A DNA stretch of 62,928 nucleotides, filler included, from Dirinaria sp. TL-2023a (Eukaryota): NCBI GenBank assembly GCA_051941275.1. It is 21 parts of 21 records of this genome, joined end to end, with 100 filler letters (N's around TTAATTAATTAA, not from the genome) between each part and the next. Parts side by side here need not be neighbours in the genome. Positions count along the whole stretch, not along the records: positions 1 to 2,928 come from JAVEBF010002158.1; positions 3,029 to 5,954 come from JAVEBF010002159.1; positions 6,055 to 8,970 come from JAVEBF010002160.1; positions 9,071 to 11,983 come from JAVEBF010002161.1; positions 12,084 to 14,995 come from JAVEBF010002162.1; 16 more parts are not named here. One strand, 5' to 3'. Under the pieces are notes generated by a model. It saw only the letters and a list, made by a program, of their open reading frames with translations, had not been told where the DNA came from and did not search any database. Positions 1 to 12,698 of the stretch are shown in pieces (within the stretch, counting starts at the first letter, position 1; each line of letters begins with the position of its first letter). Made by a program: the position numbers and the translations under genes.

Positions 1-1134
1 CGTTTATGACACCGCAAAGCAACATTGTCTTTCCTTTGCCTGGATCGCCCTTTATCCAGAGCAAGCGACTGTCTTTGTCTTTATGCCATTGTCGGAAGTC
101 GTCGTTATCAAGTATCCAACGATACGAGTCTTGCAATAGACCACCTTTAGTCTGCTCAATGCGCTTTTTGTCGTGGCGTGGATCTGTCAGACGTAAATAT
201 CGAAGATATTCTCTATCCTCTGAACTCTTTGCAATATCCGTAAGAGTTTCAAGATTAGCTGTGTTCTTTTCGACTTTATACATGGAGTTATCGTTTTGAA
301 GAGTCTTCTCTGCGACTTCAACACTTTTAAGACTACCATCCCAGTCATCAAGTCTGAGCGTATCACGTAGAATGACGTGAAATCTATTTCGATAGCATGA
401 GCAGACGCTCTTCATCAGATAGATAAGAAGCTCTTGATAAAGACAAACAATTCTCTTTTCCAATTGATCGTGTATTTCGATAAACGATGCATCTTCGTCT
501 GATTTGCCTTTGAGGAGTAGATATGAAATCTCATTGTACCACTTCATCCTTTTAATGACATGATCGATTCCATCGCGATTGGTCTTGCTCTGAATAGTAG
601 GGTTTACAAAGAGCTGTTGACATTAGTATTTATTATGTGTCGAGTATCAGATTACGAAAAACTTGCCTGCAGTGCAAAGCACACGTCAGTCCAAGCCAGC
701 GCAGCTTGCGGCATTGTTCCTATCGCCGAGCTCACAACATCTTTCACTGACAAGATCCTTTGCATGACTTCTTCAACATTTTGCTTGATTTTGACTTCTT
801 TCTCTATTTTCGTCAGCCCAACTTGAATCAACTGATCCATCTGATAACGCCTCTTAACAATGTCCACCGACTCAGTTTGGTTCTTTAATTTCGAAGTCGA
901 GTCGCTTGATATCTTTTCGTCGAGCTCTTGTGATAATATTTCTTCGTATCTACGGACCAATTTTGGATCTACTCGCTTCAGCTCTTCATATGCTCTATTC
1001 CAGATTTGTTCTGATACATTCAAAGGAGGCGATAAAGTATCAGCAGAATTTCGTTGAGTGATGAACGCCGCAGTTTCCAATCTCTCACGATGATGACCAA
1101 GGCGAGACTTTAGCTTGGACAAGGATGGGGCCAT
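1..1134 (-). CDS. Fungal NLR (NACHT NTPase with NWD/NACHT_N-type N-terminal domain, HET-E-like), 3' truncated by the contig end
   Basis: Exon 1 is 1134-667 (IWNRAYEELK...PQAALAWTDVCFALQ), followed by a 53-nt GC-AG intron at 666-614 (GCAAGT...TACTAAT...CAG). I translated exon 2 (613-1) by hand and found it open throughout: LFVNPTIQSKTNRDGIDHVIKRMKWY...TDPRHDKKRIEQTKGGLLQDSYRWIL...LLWIKGDPGKGKTMLLCGVIN (NACHT Walker A). Confidence 0.92.
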
Positions 1135-2911
1135 CTTCTTCGGAAGCTTGCTTCTTAGAAGAGCTTGATCATTGCGACCGTGATAGCGACTATCAATCAG
1201 AAAAAGTATGCAGTCTGGTTTTTCGATGGGGTAGATAACGCTAAGAGTCTATAAATAGTATTGCTTGGGTATTGTGATTTGATGCCGAGCTTATAGAGCT
1301 GAGTCCCTCGTGAGATCTAGCGGGTTTTTATACGGTTCTTCAGATTTGAATTCCGTCAGAAAAGACGATTAGTCTTGTTCAAGAAGGCTCACGAAGTTGC
1401 TCAATCTGATGCTGATATATGTCTGATAATTTGTCGCTGCAACAACAACTACTCTGTCATCAGTTCGGGCAATTTCGAGAACTAGTCGCAGTTCATTGAA
1501 ATCGCAGCAAGTCTATTTCTTTCTTTGTCATTGATTTTGTTGGTGTGTTAAATGACAACACCATGTCATAGTAATGTTGAGAGATGTTTATACGTGTCCA
1601 GAGGTGATTGGTGGATCTAAATCGGTTGCCTTATTAGGCCTAGCGTTTCTCTGACCGTGCACACATAGAATTCTCTTCACCTTGCTTGCACTTCTTCCCT
1701 TTCTTAGATAGTTATCATAGCTTCAATACTAGATATTGACTTACTACTTCATCATCGCTTAAATGCTTCAACAGACATCGCGACTGACCTTCGTACTAGA
1801 AAGAAAAGTCCATTAAATATACCGTATCATCCGATTTCGAGCTCGAAATGAATAAGAGATCTCAAGCCATCCTCCGAAATCAACTTTGTCACTCGTCCCA
1901 TCAGAGACATCATCGACTAATATAATAGATTCATCACATAGCTTGACGAGCTTATCTATCTTTTTTTGCTCAGTATCAAACTTCCCATCGAACCCTTCGC
2001 CACTAATCGACATTTCATTACCCCTCTATACGATCGTAGCACAATACATCTCTGCAAGATCAGATCAGGTTATCTCTGACTACGTTTCGAAGGCCCAACT
2101 CGTAGAAGATGACGCGCAATAATCAATCGTGGAGCATATAGAGCATAGATACAGATATTCAGAGTATGCTTCTTCGCTCCCTCGACCGCTCATCTTTTCG
2201 ATATCGAGACCTTCTATTCTAGAACTTTCCCCTAGTGATTTCAGAGGTTCTCAGGCGTTTAATTTCGCATATCAGCTAGGAGAATACCAGTGGTAAAAGT
2301 AAAAGCCATTTCGTAGTCAACTTTTCACTACTTCATTGAAAGATGATCATCCGACTACGTTGTTTATTAGAGTATTTCATAGTACAACTCTTAAAGTTTC
2401 AAATATTCGATTTTAAGAAGTGTTACGAGACTTCAAGATAGTTTATCTTCGAGAGAACAGTGCTGACGTACTTTTTCGAGATTTATCTAGTCTCTTTTTA
2501 TTGACTTTCGAACGCTTGAATGTGAGTATGAACGACTTTATATTGTGATTCATAATCAGATCTCAGTAAATTCTAAAAGTATCTTTCTCAAGAATGTAAA
2601 TCTTTTTTCACTTCATCAACTAGAATCTTCATCATGAATCATAAGAGATCTTCTTTCTTTGACTGAATTATCAATATTCACTGATGAGGAACGCTGATTT
2701 TAGACGTCATTCAGAATTGAACAATCGTACATCAAAGCATCATTTTTCATTCAACTTGTGTCTGATTGTGATGATCAACTAACTGATCGTTCTCTGAATG
2801 AGACTTACAGTGAGATTGCGATAAGACATCGATACTCTTCGATTCGTTGTCGCGAAAGAGAGGTGGCTCATGAATATTTGACGAAATTGTGTCTTCGAAC
2901 TCTCTTCTGTT

Positions 2912-2928
2912 TGTCATGAACCTAGACC
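2912..2928 (+). mobile_element. First 17 bp of an LTR (same family as the LTR at 54431-54635)
   Basis: TGTCATGAACCTAGACC is the exact reverse complement of 54619-54635, and the contig breaks inside it. Confidence 0.7.
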
Positions 2929-3028
2929 NNNNNNNNNNNNNNNNNNNNNNNNNNNNNNNNNNNNNNNNNNNNTTAATTAATTAANNNNNNNNNNNNNNNN
3001 NNNNNNNNNNNNNNNNNNNNNNNNNNNN
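2929..3028. other. Artificial contig spacer N44-TTAATTAATTAA-N44 (first of 20; others start at 5955, 8971, 11984, 14996, 18007, 21017, 24024, 27030, 30032, 33033, 36032, 39030, 42027, 45020, 48009, 50997, 53984, 56970, 59952)
   Basis: An identical 100-bp unit recurs about every 3 kb. The palindromic core gives stop codons in all six frames, and the intervening contig lengths decrease monotonically, indicating size-sorted concatenation. Confidence 0.99.
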
Positions 3029-4444
3029 GGGGCGTGGACTTAGGGGTGGCTTGGGATTCCGGAAGACGGGGCTACTCAGGCTAGTCAGCCATGGGCTGAG
3101 AAGTCTATCTGGGGCTTCGCACATGGCAGACGCATGGTGATCAGCAAGCGTCACCGAAACCGAGAGTTCGGGCAGCAAGCGAGGTTACGAGGAGTCCAAG
3201 TCCAGGGAAAAGCGTGGACGCTGCGTGGTGTCGCAGTGTCGCAGCCTTCGCAGGGAGGTGGAGGCGAGTCTTAAACCCAGAGCGAGTGTTTGATCAGCAC
3301 GCACCAGAAGCCTTCGTAGGTCGTAGCTCCGTCCTCGGAAACTTCTGTCTGGCAACGCCAGATCGAAAAGATATCAGATCGGCACGACGTCCTGGACACC
3401 AGCAAAAGGTTCGGTGCTGCCGTACTGATGATCCCCTTGCCTGCCTTGCCCTTGGGTTCACCGAACAGCCCGTCAGACTCAGATCGTCCAATGCCCACAC
3501 GTTACCCCTGAATCCGCAGCCTAAGATCTCCCCTCGTTTCTGTGACGAGTATGCCACCAGCGTTACTGTCATCACACCCCATCAGCTCGACCTTACCTCA
3601 CCTTCACTACGCACCTCATATGAGCAGCAGTAAGCCAAAACCCCACTGCCACAATCATTATTCGATCCCCAGTAAGACAGCTCCGATTTTTCTGGACAGG
3701 TGGAAACAAAAGACACGACTCAGCCTCTCCCCCCTGGAAGTGTTGTCCGAACTGCTGCTCTCACGATCAAACATCCTTTCTTGTAAACGCTGGTGAAAGC
3801 TGTTTGGTCCCTTTTTGTTTCTGACGTCCTAGAAACGGCTCACCAGAAGTTCGGAAATCTTAGGTGCCCATTAGTACCCGCTTTCCATCGCCCCAAGCAA
3901 CTTTAGTTGAAAACTTGAAAGGCCATCATTGGGGAAAAGCATCACAAGCGCCCCTGTCTCCCCTCCGCTCGGCGAACGTTCTGCGCTAGAAGAAGCTCAT
4001 CCCTGCTGTCACGCTGCAAAACTTCAACTAAATCGCACTCCTAGAACCCGTGGAACCCTACCGCCTCTCGCCATCCAAACCTACATTACTTACTGTACCT
4101 TCTCTGCAAACCTCCTTGCTTCCGAACCTCGCCCTGACGACCACATCCACCGACTTCGTTACCGGCACAATTTCCGCGACCAACTCGATAATTCGGTCAG
4201 AATTGCTCATCATCGTCAACAGCCAGACGATTAGCGGAGTACAGTACAATTCCCTCTCGGACATTCGTGCGGGTAGGCTTTGGCGATAGGCGGCGTTCGC
4301 AGCAAAGTCGTTCTAGGCCGTGTGTTATCCGTCACCTTACAAGCCGTGGTCCGCACCGAATTTTTTCTTGTGTACGGCTATCGCAGAAGAAGACCCGCTT
4401 GTGTCACGTCAGAGCTATATCGAAGCTTGGGCCTTAGCGACGGC

Positions 4445-5305
4445 ATGGCTTCCAAAGTGAGCGAGCCACCCTTCCGTCTGTTCATGCATGAGTTAGCCCC
4501 AACGAGCCATGTATACTGACCCACCGCTCCTGCAGTTTCTCCGGGAGTATAAACTCGTGGTCGTGGGAGGCGGTGGGGTGGGGAAGTCCTGTCTAACCAT
4601 TCAACTTATCCAAAGCCATTTCGTCGATGAATACGATCCCACGATAGAAGGTGCACAGCTCCTCCCCGCTCTCCCGAAGCCTCTCGCTTACTGTACGTAT
4701 AGATTCATACAGGAAACAGTGTGTTATCGACGAAGAGGTCGCTTTATTGGACGTGCTCGATACTGCGGGCCAGGAAGAGTACTCAGCGATGCGGGAACAG
4801 TACATGCGGACCGGCGAAGGCTTCCTACTGGTTTATTCAATCACGTCACGACAAAGCTTCGATGAAATCTTAACTTTCCAGCAACAAATACTGAGGGTCA
4901 AGGACCGGGATTATTTCCCCATCATCATTGTGGGCAACAAATGTGATCTGGATATGGAGCGTCAAGTGTCTCGGCAAGGTAGGTTCCCCTTACCCATTTC
5001 ACTCTTGAAAAATTCCTAGACCTTGGAAGTTCCCGGCTAACGCGCCTTCCGATTTTTCAGAAGGAGAAGACCTAGCTCGTCAGTTCGGCTGCGCATTCAT
5101 CGAGACGTCCGCAAAATCACGTATCAATGTCGACAACGCCTTCCACAACATCGTCCGTGAAATTCGAAGATACAACAAGGACATGTCATCGTACAACCCT
5201 GGGGGCCCGGCTGCACCTGGAAGGAACGATACTCGAACGTCGAACAGCCGAGGGGAGAAAGATGAGTCGACAGGCTGTTGCGGTTGCAAGTGCGTGATGA
5301 TGTAA
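4445..5305 (+). CDS. RAS1: Ras GTPase (Ras1/RasA), 4 exons
   Basis: Exons are 4445-4456, 4536-4650, 4703-4978 and 5061-5305. The spliced product has [43 protein letters not shown] and ETSAK, and ends [10 protein letters not shown] (dual Cys plus CAAX). Confidence 0.97.
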
Positions 5306-5447
5306 GGTAGGCAAGAAGAGTGCCAATACCAAGAGCAGGGGAAAAAGAAAGAGAAGAAGAAAAAAAAGTCAGTCAAAGGATATAATTAAAGATACCACGG
5401 TAATAGTGTGCCAAGGGGTCTGTCTCAGCGAGCAAAAAATGTCCGCA

Positions 5448-5474
<27 letters not shown>
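5448..5474. repeat. (AC)n microsatellite in the Ras 3' region
   Basis: Perfect AC dinucleotide run. Confidence 0.9.
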
Positions 5475-5478
<4 letters not shown>

Positions 5479-8400
5479 TATGGACGGTTTGTTGGCGCTT
5501 GCTGCTATCTTGCTCGCCATCTTACAGTAAGGTAGGCAAGGGAGTTTAGACAACGGGTTGGGAAATTTGTGTGTGTGGTTTGTCAGGGAAAGGGGGGCCG
5601 GCATCTTATACTGGCTTATTTATTGCTCGGTGTTCAAATGAGTTCTGCTGGTAGCACTTCCAGAACACACGTTTCTTGCCCTTTCCTTTCGCAGTGATGA
5701 TGTCCCAATTTCTTTTTTTCTCATCTTCTCTTCTTTTCTTCCTCTAAAGTAAATAGAATTACGCCTTCCGGCAAGGCCCATCGAGCTCAAGATTCGGTCT
5801 CGCCGTCAAAGCCACGATGCACCCATTTCCTAGCATTATCTCCTGACTGTGATGAACCCACCGCTAATATCATACACACCCAATACTACCATACCATATC
5901 ATCAACCCCCCCTTGAACTCACAGGCTCAGCACCAAACCCATTCTCTTCACCATNNNNNNNNNNNNNNNNNNNNNNNNNNNNNNNNNNNNNNNNNNNNTT
6001 AATTAATTAANNNNNNNNNNNNNNNNNNNNNNNNNNNNNNNNNNNNNNNNNNNNGCAGCGAATATGCACCATGTTCAGGGTCACGGCCCACGCTGATGTT
6101 ACCATTATCTCATAGAGATAGATAAGTGGCGCTTTAGCCTTTGATTTAATAATTTCTATCCCTAAATGCCATTCAGATGAGCAGTAGTGAATTAACAACG
6201 CCGCTGACAATACTCTGGGAGCAGAATTAATGCACGCTCCTACGCCTAGTATCTCAATTGTTAGCGCCGCAACGTCACTTCGAGTGAAGTCGAATTGTTG
6301 ATGTTGGAGAAGAAAGGTATGAGAGTATACCTGAGTCGGAAGTATATAGTCACTAAGCGAAGATCTTTTCTTTGAAGAAGAGGGGAAAGCCCAAATTTCA
6401 TGTAACTTGGTTGGCAGGTAAGATTATTGCGATGAAGAAACCTTCGATCAGATTCAAAGCATTCCTACAACATGCTGAACTCTGAGCTATTGCGGACATT
6501 GTAAGCTCCGAAATTACTCGGCCACAGCATAAAAGGGTTACGAACTTCTCTCTTGTACCTTATTTCATGTCCTAACTTTTCTGTCATGATTTAAGTGGCG
6601 AGTAAGAAAATCTTGAGTCTCGATTATGAAATGCTTCCCTAGCTGATTCCTCAGAATTGGCGCTCGAGACTAATGGTATAGGAAAAGTTCGTCACCCCAT
6701 ATTGAGGCTTTCTCCCCAAAACACCTGAATTACTAACAATTTATTACGGTCCAAAATTCCGTAGGTTTCTCGCGTTCATCGACTCAAGATTTTATGACTG
6801 CATTTGTTGAAATTTTCGACTGATGTTGCTGCTGCTACATTAATATCCTACATCGCCGCAAATGATATGAAATGTTCAAATTAATTCGAAGCCGCAAGCT
6901 CACTAGGACAAGTCAAAAGCGCTTCCCAAAGAGCTTCAAGACGGTAAACATCGGCCAAATCCAAAACAGGATCGCTTGATCATTTGCTGTCAGAATTGGA
7001 CGACAAAACAGCTGATTGAACAAAGGTTATCCAAACCCGCCGAGCGGCATGGCCACATACCTATTTATGGAAGGCATAGATCCTGCAAGACGAGCACCGG
7101 ACTGCTTAAGCAAAAGTCTCAGATCTTTCGAACTTCTGTGCTGAGGGAGGAGTGGTGAGCTTTGTATTACTCACATTTCACAGCGCACTTAGTTTGGATT
7201 ACGATCATCTTAAGAAGCGTCGTCCGCTTAGAATTAAGGTAAAATGATGATACTGAGGTACAGTCTCAGATCTCGAAAGTATTATAGATGAAGACATATA
7301 TGACCTTGGACAAATCTCTATCTTCCAATCATTGCATTTCGATCTCTGCAGCTTCGGTAGCTCGCATTACCTCTGCCAAAAAAAATTTGAGCGATGTTCA
7401 CTATAGCCGACTCCTCGAACGTCGATCCGGCCAGATCGAAATCGGAATCCAAAGCCCCTTAGAATCTGGGTGGGGGATGGAGTTAATTGATAAGAATCTA
7501 GAGATGACTGCTCTCTGCCGCGGTTGCAAGTCTCCCACCTGCAAATCTGCATGGCTTTTGAAATATTCGAGCTTGTTCCAAAGTGCACACGAAGTATAGC
7601 CTTTCAGTGAACCGAAAGAATCCAGCCGCTACTGGGTCTCTTGATTAGATCCTTCTACATTTCATTGTCAATCATAGTCTATACTTTATACCCTATTCGC
7701 AGTAGCTTATATCAAGAAAACTTCTCAAAGCATGCTATCACATCACTTTCTTTTCTTTCCGACCACTGATCCATGGCAAAGCGAAAAATTTTTAGAATCT
7801 GAGCTTTCGTGAGCGGAAGAAGTATTAGTAAGAGAGGAAGACTTAGAGGGAAAGAATCTTTGGAGAGAACCTAGATTTGATCACGTGCACTGCTGTTCAT
7901 GTTGACAGTATCGAGCTTCAGGGTTTCAGGTCGAAACATATCATCTGTGTCATCTGTGAAGAACCTTTACATTATTCTCTCCTTATCATAAGTTGAGACG
8001 AAAGACTACAGAGCTTGATATAGACTGTTCTTCTACTGCAAGCAAATTTTCTATCAATCATTCGGCTAAAATTCATGATCGCTAACAACGTATTGTAAAC
8101 GACTGCTTCTACTTTTAGAATTTTCAAATCCTGATCTCATGAAGTCTGGTCTCTTCTGCTTTAGCGTCAATGACAATATCTTGTGCTCGACCTGAAAATA
8201 CCATCTGGAGCGCTAGCGGCGAGATCTATCGAACGCACAAGGTTTTCATTACTCGATGAAACAGACAAGAACCGCCATTTTTACATCAAAATTATTGCCG
8301 CAAACCATTGCTAAACGTGGACCAAAGTACAAGATATAATATCTATCTTGACACTCCATCCTCCAGACATTTTGTCGGAATTTACGTACCAAGCAATTCT

Positions 8401-9070
8401 AATCGTCCTAGGAATCACTCTAAACTTCAAGTTCTGATCAAAAATGTGCAGAAATGCGAACACAGAATCTAGGTTCAAACGCGACATACAGATAATAGGC
8501 CAGAGAGTCAGATGCTGCGCATGGAGGAGAATTTTAAGAGCCAAGTATAGCATGCAGGGCGAAAGCTGAGAGCTAAAATACAACAAGAGTTCGTCCATCC
8601 GAAGGAGATGGTGGTCGATTTTGGCGTCACCAAGTTTTTTGGCATGCAAACCGACATGCATGGTCTGCTTGTCAGAGGCTGAAGATCATTTGCAAAACTT
8701 GTGTTGGGAAAGGGTAGAGGAGCCTCAGAAAACGATTGCTGAAGAGCTTATTACTACGATTTTGATACTCACATCTATGAGACGCCGCGTTTGAATCCGC
8801 ATTGCAAGCAGCTGCAACATGGACTAGTCCGTAGAGATAATACTAGCACGTTTGAATAATCGAGATGAGGGTCTCGAACGAAACGACTACGGAAATATGA
8901 ACTGGGATGGAACTCCTTCCGCTGGTGGATCGAGTTCTCCTTCAAAGTCTCGACTATCGCCCCTGCGCATNNNNNNNNNNNNNNNNNNNNNNNNNNNNNN
9001 NNNNNNNNNNNNNNTTAATTAATTAANNNNNNNNNNNNNNNNNNNNNNNNNNNNNNNNNNNNNNNNNNNN

Positions 9071-10374
9071 ACATTATTATGTCCATGTCCATGTCCAGGA
9101 CTATGGCCGTGACCATGGCCGTGACTACTTCTCCTCCTTGAATGTCTCCTCCTTCTTCCTGGCTCTTCTTCTCCTTGGGGTCTAGTAGTAGCGGGAGGGG
9201 AAGCGGGGATCTCTCGTTCCACCGGCGCAGGAGGAGGAGCAGCAGCAGGAGGAGCCGCGCTCGCGCTCTCGAATAATTCCTCCAGAAACGCGCTCGGCGC
9301 CCTGCTTTCGCTGGTGTTGCTCGCAGCATGGCCCCCTGCGAGCGCCGTGGTGCTGAGGTTCAGGTTCAGGTTCGTGCCCAGCAGGCTCTGCCGGCCGGTG
9401 CTGGGCCGGCTGGGGCTGCGGGGTGGAGAGACGCGCGAGGAGCGTTTGTTGTTATGACCGTGGTTGCCTCCTGCTGATGGCGGGGGCGCGAGGTTGGACA
9501 GCGAGATGGAGTTCCGGTTGTGGTTGTTTGCGGTGCCTGGCTGGGACTGGCCGGAGGCGTAGTATCCCGCGGGCAGGTACGCGCTGCCGCGGTTGCTGGT
9601 GCCGGGGGACATGAGGTTGCCGCCGGCGCCGCCCCCCGCGGTGGGCGAGAAGAAAAGGCTGTTGCGCGATCCTGGCGCCGAGAGCTTGCTGCTACCGCCA
9701 CCACCTCCTCCGAGCTTGCTCGACGGACGTAGTTGGTCCAGCGTGAGCGTCGATCCTGCGAACGGGCTGGCGAGTTTCGAGCCCAGGTTGCTCACGCCAC
9801 CGCCTAGGCCTTTGCTGTCCGTCATCGTCCCGATGTATGTGTACTTGCTGCTCTGCCCCATAGCCGACTTCCGCACGCTCCGGTGCAGTGACCATGCTAC
9901 GATGCCGCGCCACGCGAGGATGACCAGGCCGATGAAGGCCAATACTGCGCCGACGCAGATGAACACCGTGCCTTCTGGGAGATGTGATTTTTGCATGAAC
10001 GGCGCGCCGGCGGTGGGCGGAACGGTGGGTGCGGGATAGTCATCACCGGCGAGCTTGGGGAGACCGGTCACCAGGCCTCCAAGGTCGGTGCCAGAGGATG
10101 TGAGGGCTGGAAGCGTGGAGCCTGAGGGGCCCGATGATTTAGCAGCGGCGGTTGTTGCTTTCGTGTTGGCGGCTTTGCTGGTTTGGCTAGCAGCAGCGGC
10201 GGTTTTGGAGGCGGCTTTTTTCGGAGTGGAGGTTGAGAGCGCGGCGGGCTTGTTGGCGCCCGAGGTGTCTGATAGAGCCGGTAGTTGGGAATCTGCAGCG
10301 TGGATTTGGAGGGATAAGAGTGGGACGAGAAGGATGCTCGGTAAGGAGGGCATCAGGAGTTGGTGGAGCCGCAT
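9071..10374 (-). CDS. Single-pass membrane protein, Csi2/Prm5-like (signal peptide, Ser/Thr/Ala-rich ectodomain, TM, low-complexity tail), 3' truncated
   Basis: Hydrophobic N-terminal signal, then PFMQKSHLPEGTVFICVGAVLAFIGLVILAWRGIVAWSLHRSVR and the later motifs SLFFSPT and RAPSAFLEELF. The family call is from motif recall. Confidence 0.7.
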
Positions 10375-10982
10375 TGTGAGTGATGTTTTAATCAGCAGTG
10401 AGATCTAGCTCTCTTGCTTCATGTGTGTGAGAGTCCTCTTCCAGCAAGCACCGATCGGCAACAGCTGAGATGCTACTCAGAATATATGGATAGGTGAGGT
10501 GAATGACCGGAGGACTGCAAACAGTGAAAGAAGATCGGGCTGAAACCTGTACGGTCGCCCCTTGCCCAATAGGGACTACGAATGCCGAAAGAATGTCAAT
10601 GACGAGTATGAACGAATGGCTCGCCGAAGCATCAATATGTACTGGCTTCTGCGGGGCGATGGGAGTAGGGAGCAAGTGTGTAAAGGATATAAAAGTGAAG
10701 TATGTCTTCGGATGAATTTTATTTCTGCAGTTCAATATTGTTTCGGTGTTTTGCTTTGGACCTCGATTCAGCCAAATGCACCGTCAGGGATTATTAAGTG
10801 GCCCAACACCAGAATCCTTGTCTGCGCACCGAGGGGGGCAACCGATTCCCCTATTGATAGATCGATCTGATAAGATTATCCAATCTCCATATCGAAATCC
10901 CCCACTGACGATTGACGAATTCAGAAAACAGTCCACACAACCACCTCCTCGCACCGCGTTCACCAATCAATCTGAGCCCAAG

Positions 10983-11644
10983 ATGGGCGTCAAAAAGCGA
11001 ACTCGAAAGTTCGCGCAGGTGAAGAGGGTTATTGGTCAGCGTGATGCTCGCCTGTAAGCTCCAGACCCAAGCATAATCCTCCCCCCAAATTTCAACATCA
11101 ATCCCGCCAACACACCCACTACAGCAAGCAACATCAGCTGAAGCAGCAAACGGAAGCCAAAAAAAAAGTACGAAAAACCAACGAGCTGGTGCGCGAGATC
11201 CCCCAAGTCTCCTCCGCCCTCTTCTACCAACACAACACCGCCCTGATCCCGCCCTACTCGGTCCTCGTCGACACCAACTTCCTCTCGCACACCGTGCAGC
11301 ATAAACTGGAGCTGCAATCCACCATGATGGACTGCCTGTACGCGAAATGCATCCCCATCATCACGGACTGCGTCATGGCCGAGCTGGAGAAGCTGGGCCC
11401 CAAGTACAGGATCGCGCTGCGGATCGCGCGGGATGAGCGCTGGGAGCGGCTGAAGTGCGACCACAAGGGTGTCTACGCGGATGACTGCCTCGTTGACCGA
11501 GTCATGAAGCATAAGATCTATATTATCGCAACGAATGATCGCGATTTGAAGAGGAGGGTGAGGAAGATCCCGGGTGTGCCCCTGATGAGTGTTGCCAGGG
11601 GGAAGTATGTCATCGAGAGGCTGCCTGACGCCCCTGAGAAGTGA
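10983..11644 (+). CDS. FCF1: rRNA-processing PIN-domain protein Fcf1/Utp24
   Basis: Exon 1 is 10983-11053 (MGVKKRTRKFAQVKRVIGQRDARL), then a GTAAGC intron at 11054-11124. Exon 2 is in frame and contains VLVDTNF, CDHKGVYADDC and IATNDRDLKRRVRKIPGVP. Confidence 0.96.
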
Positions 11645-12698
11645 AAACACTTCGTTTGGGATCTTTTCAGGGTTATTTTGGTGAGGGAGGTAGCTCCCAA
11701 ATCGCTTAATGGACGGCCAGAGATCTTCATTGATCGTGGGCAATAGGGGAAAGATGCTCCGTTCGGAGTATAATACATTGAGGATATCGGCGAGCATTCG
11801 AATTAGGAATAACTGCCGTCACGCCACCTCAACTCTGCTGCCACACCGCCTTCCTCACTATACCTTTTTTCAACCCATCAATACCTTCGGACCCAACCTT
11901 GATGTCTCACCAAAGTTAAAAACATATTTCCATTCCTCTTGCAGACTTGCAAATTTCGAAGAGCAACCTTTAACAGAATCACGNNNNNNNNNNNNNNNNN
12001 NNNNNNNNNNNNNNNNNNNNNNNNNNNTTAATTAATTAANNNNNNNNNNNNNNNNNNNNNNNNNNNNNNNNNNNNNNNNNNNNTGATACTTCAGATGATT
12101 GGAATAAGGGAACTAGATTGGTAGTGGGGTGCTGGACAGCCTTGAAGATTGTAAAGTGTAATTCGAACAAGGCATATGTATGCGTGGAATAGTATGCCTT
12201 GTACTGTACATATGTATAGAGTGCCATATTACGTAATAGGCCATGGAGTAAGTAACCTCGCCGAGCCAAGCCAAGTGTGCAGCCCGGTTGGAAAAATCTC
12301 TTCTTGCCGCACCTATCGCGTCAGTCGGAGGGTCGCTGACTATGTATGCCCCTGTTACTCCAGTATGGAGTGTGGCTGTTCATCAGGCAGATTGATCCGA
12401 TCACGCGGCTCCAATCTATCTTCTACAAGCCTTGCACTTGTAGTCTTACCGTGTCGGGCTAGAGGAATCGACAACCAACTGCCCAAGGCTTGTTCCAACA
12501 TCGTGTGGACGCTTTTCATAGGCCAGCCATACTAAAAATGCGAAGACAGCCGATCTGACAAGGCTGACGCGGGGCTCGTCCGCCACTGCCTCAGATGACG
12601 CTATTCCAACCTTTCCAGTACACGGAGATCCTGCCTGTATCTACTTAAGTCCCTGGCTCCTCCAAACATCCATTATCCTATACAAGCTATGCGCCAAA

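Noticed and set aside
3214..4519. Short overlapping ORFs upstream of Ras
   Set aside because: No recognisable motifs and mostly non-ATG starts; consistent with promoter and 5' UTR.
11036..11797. 253-aa antisense ORF over FCF1 (and similar ones over the CTL gene and CMR1)
   Set aside because: Shadow ORFs caused by high third-position GC of the real genes.
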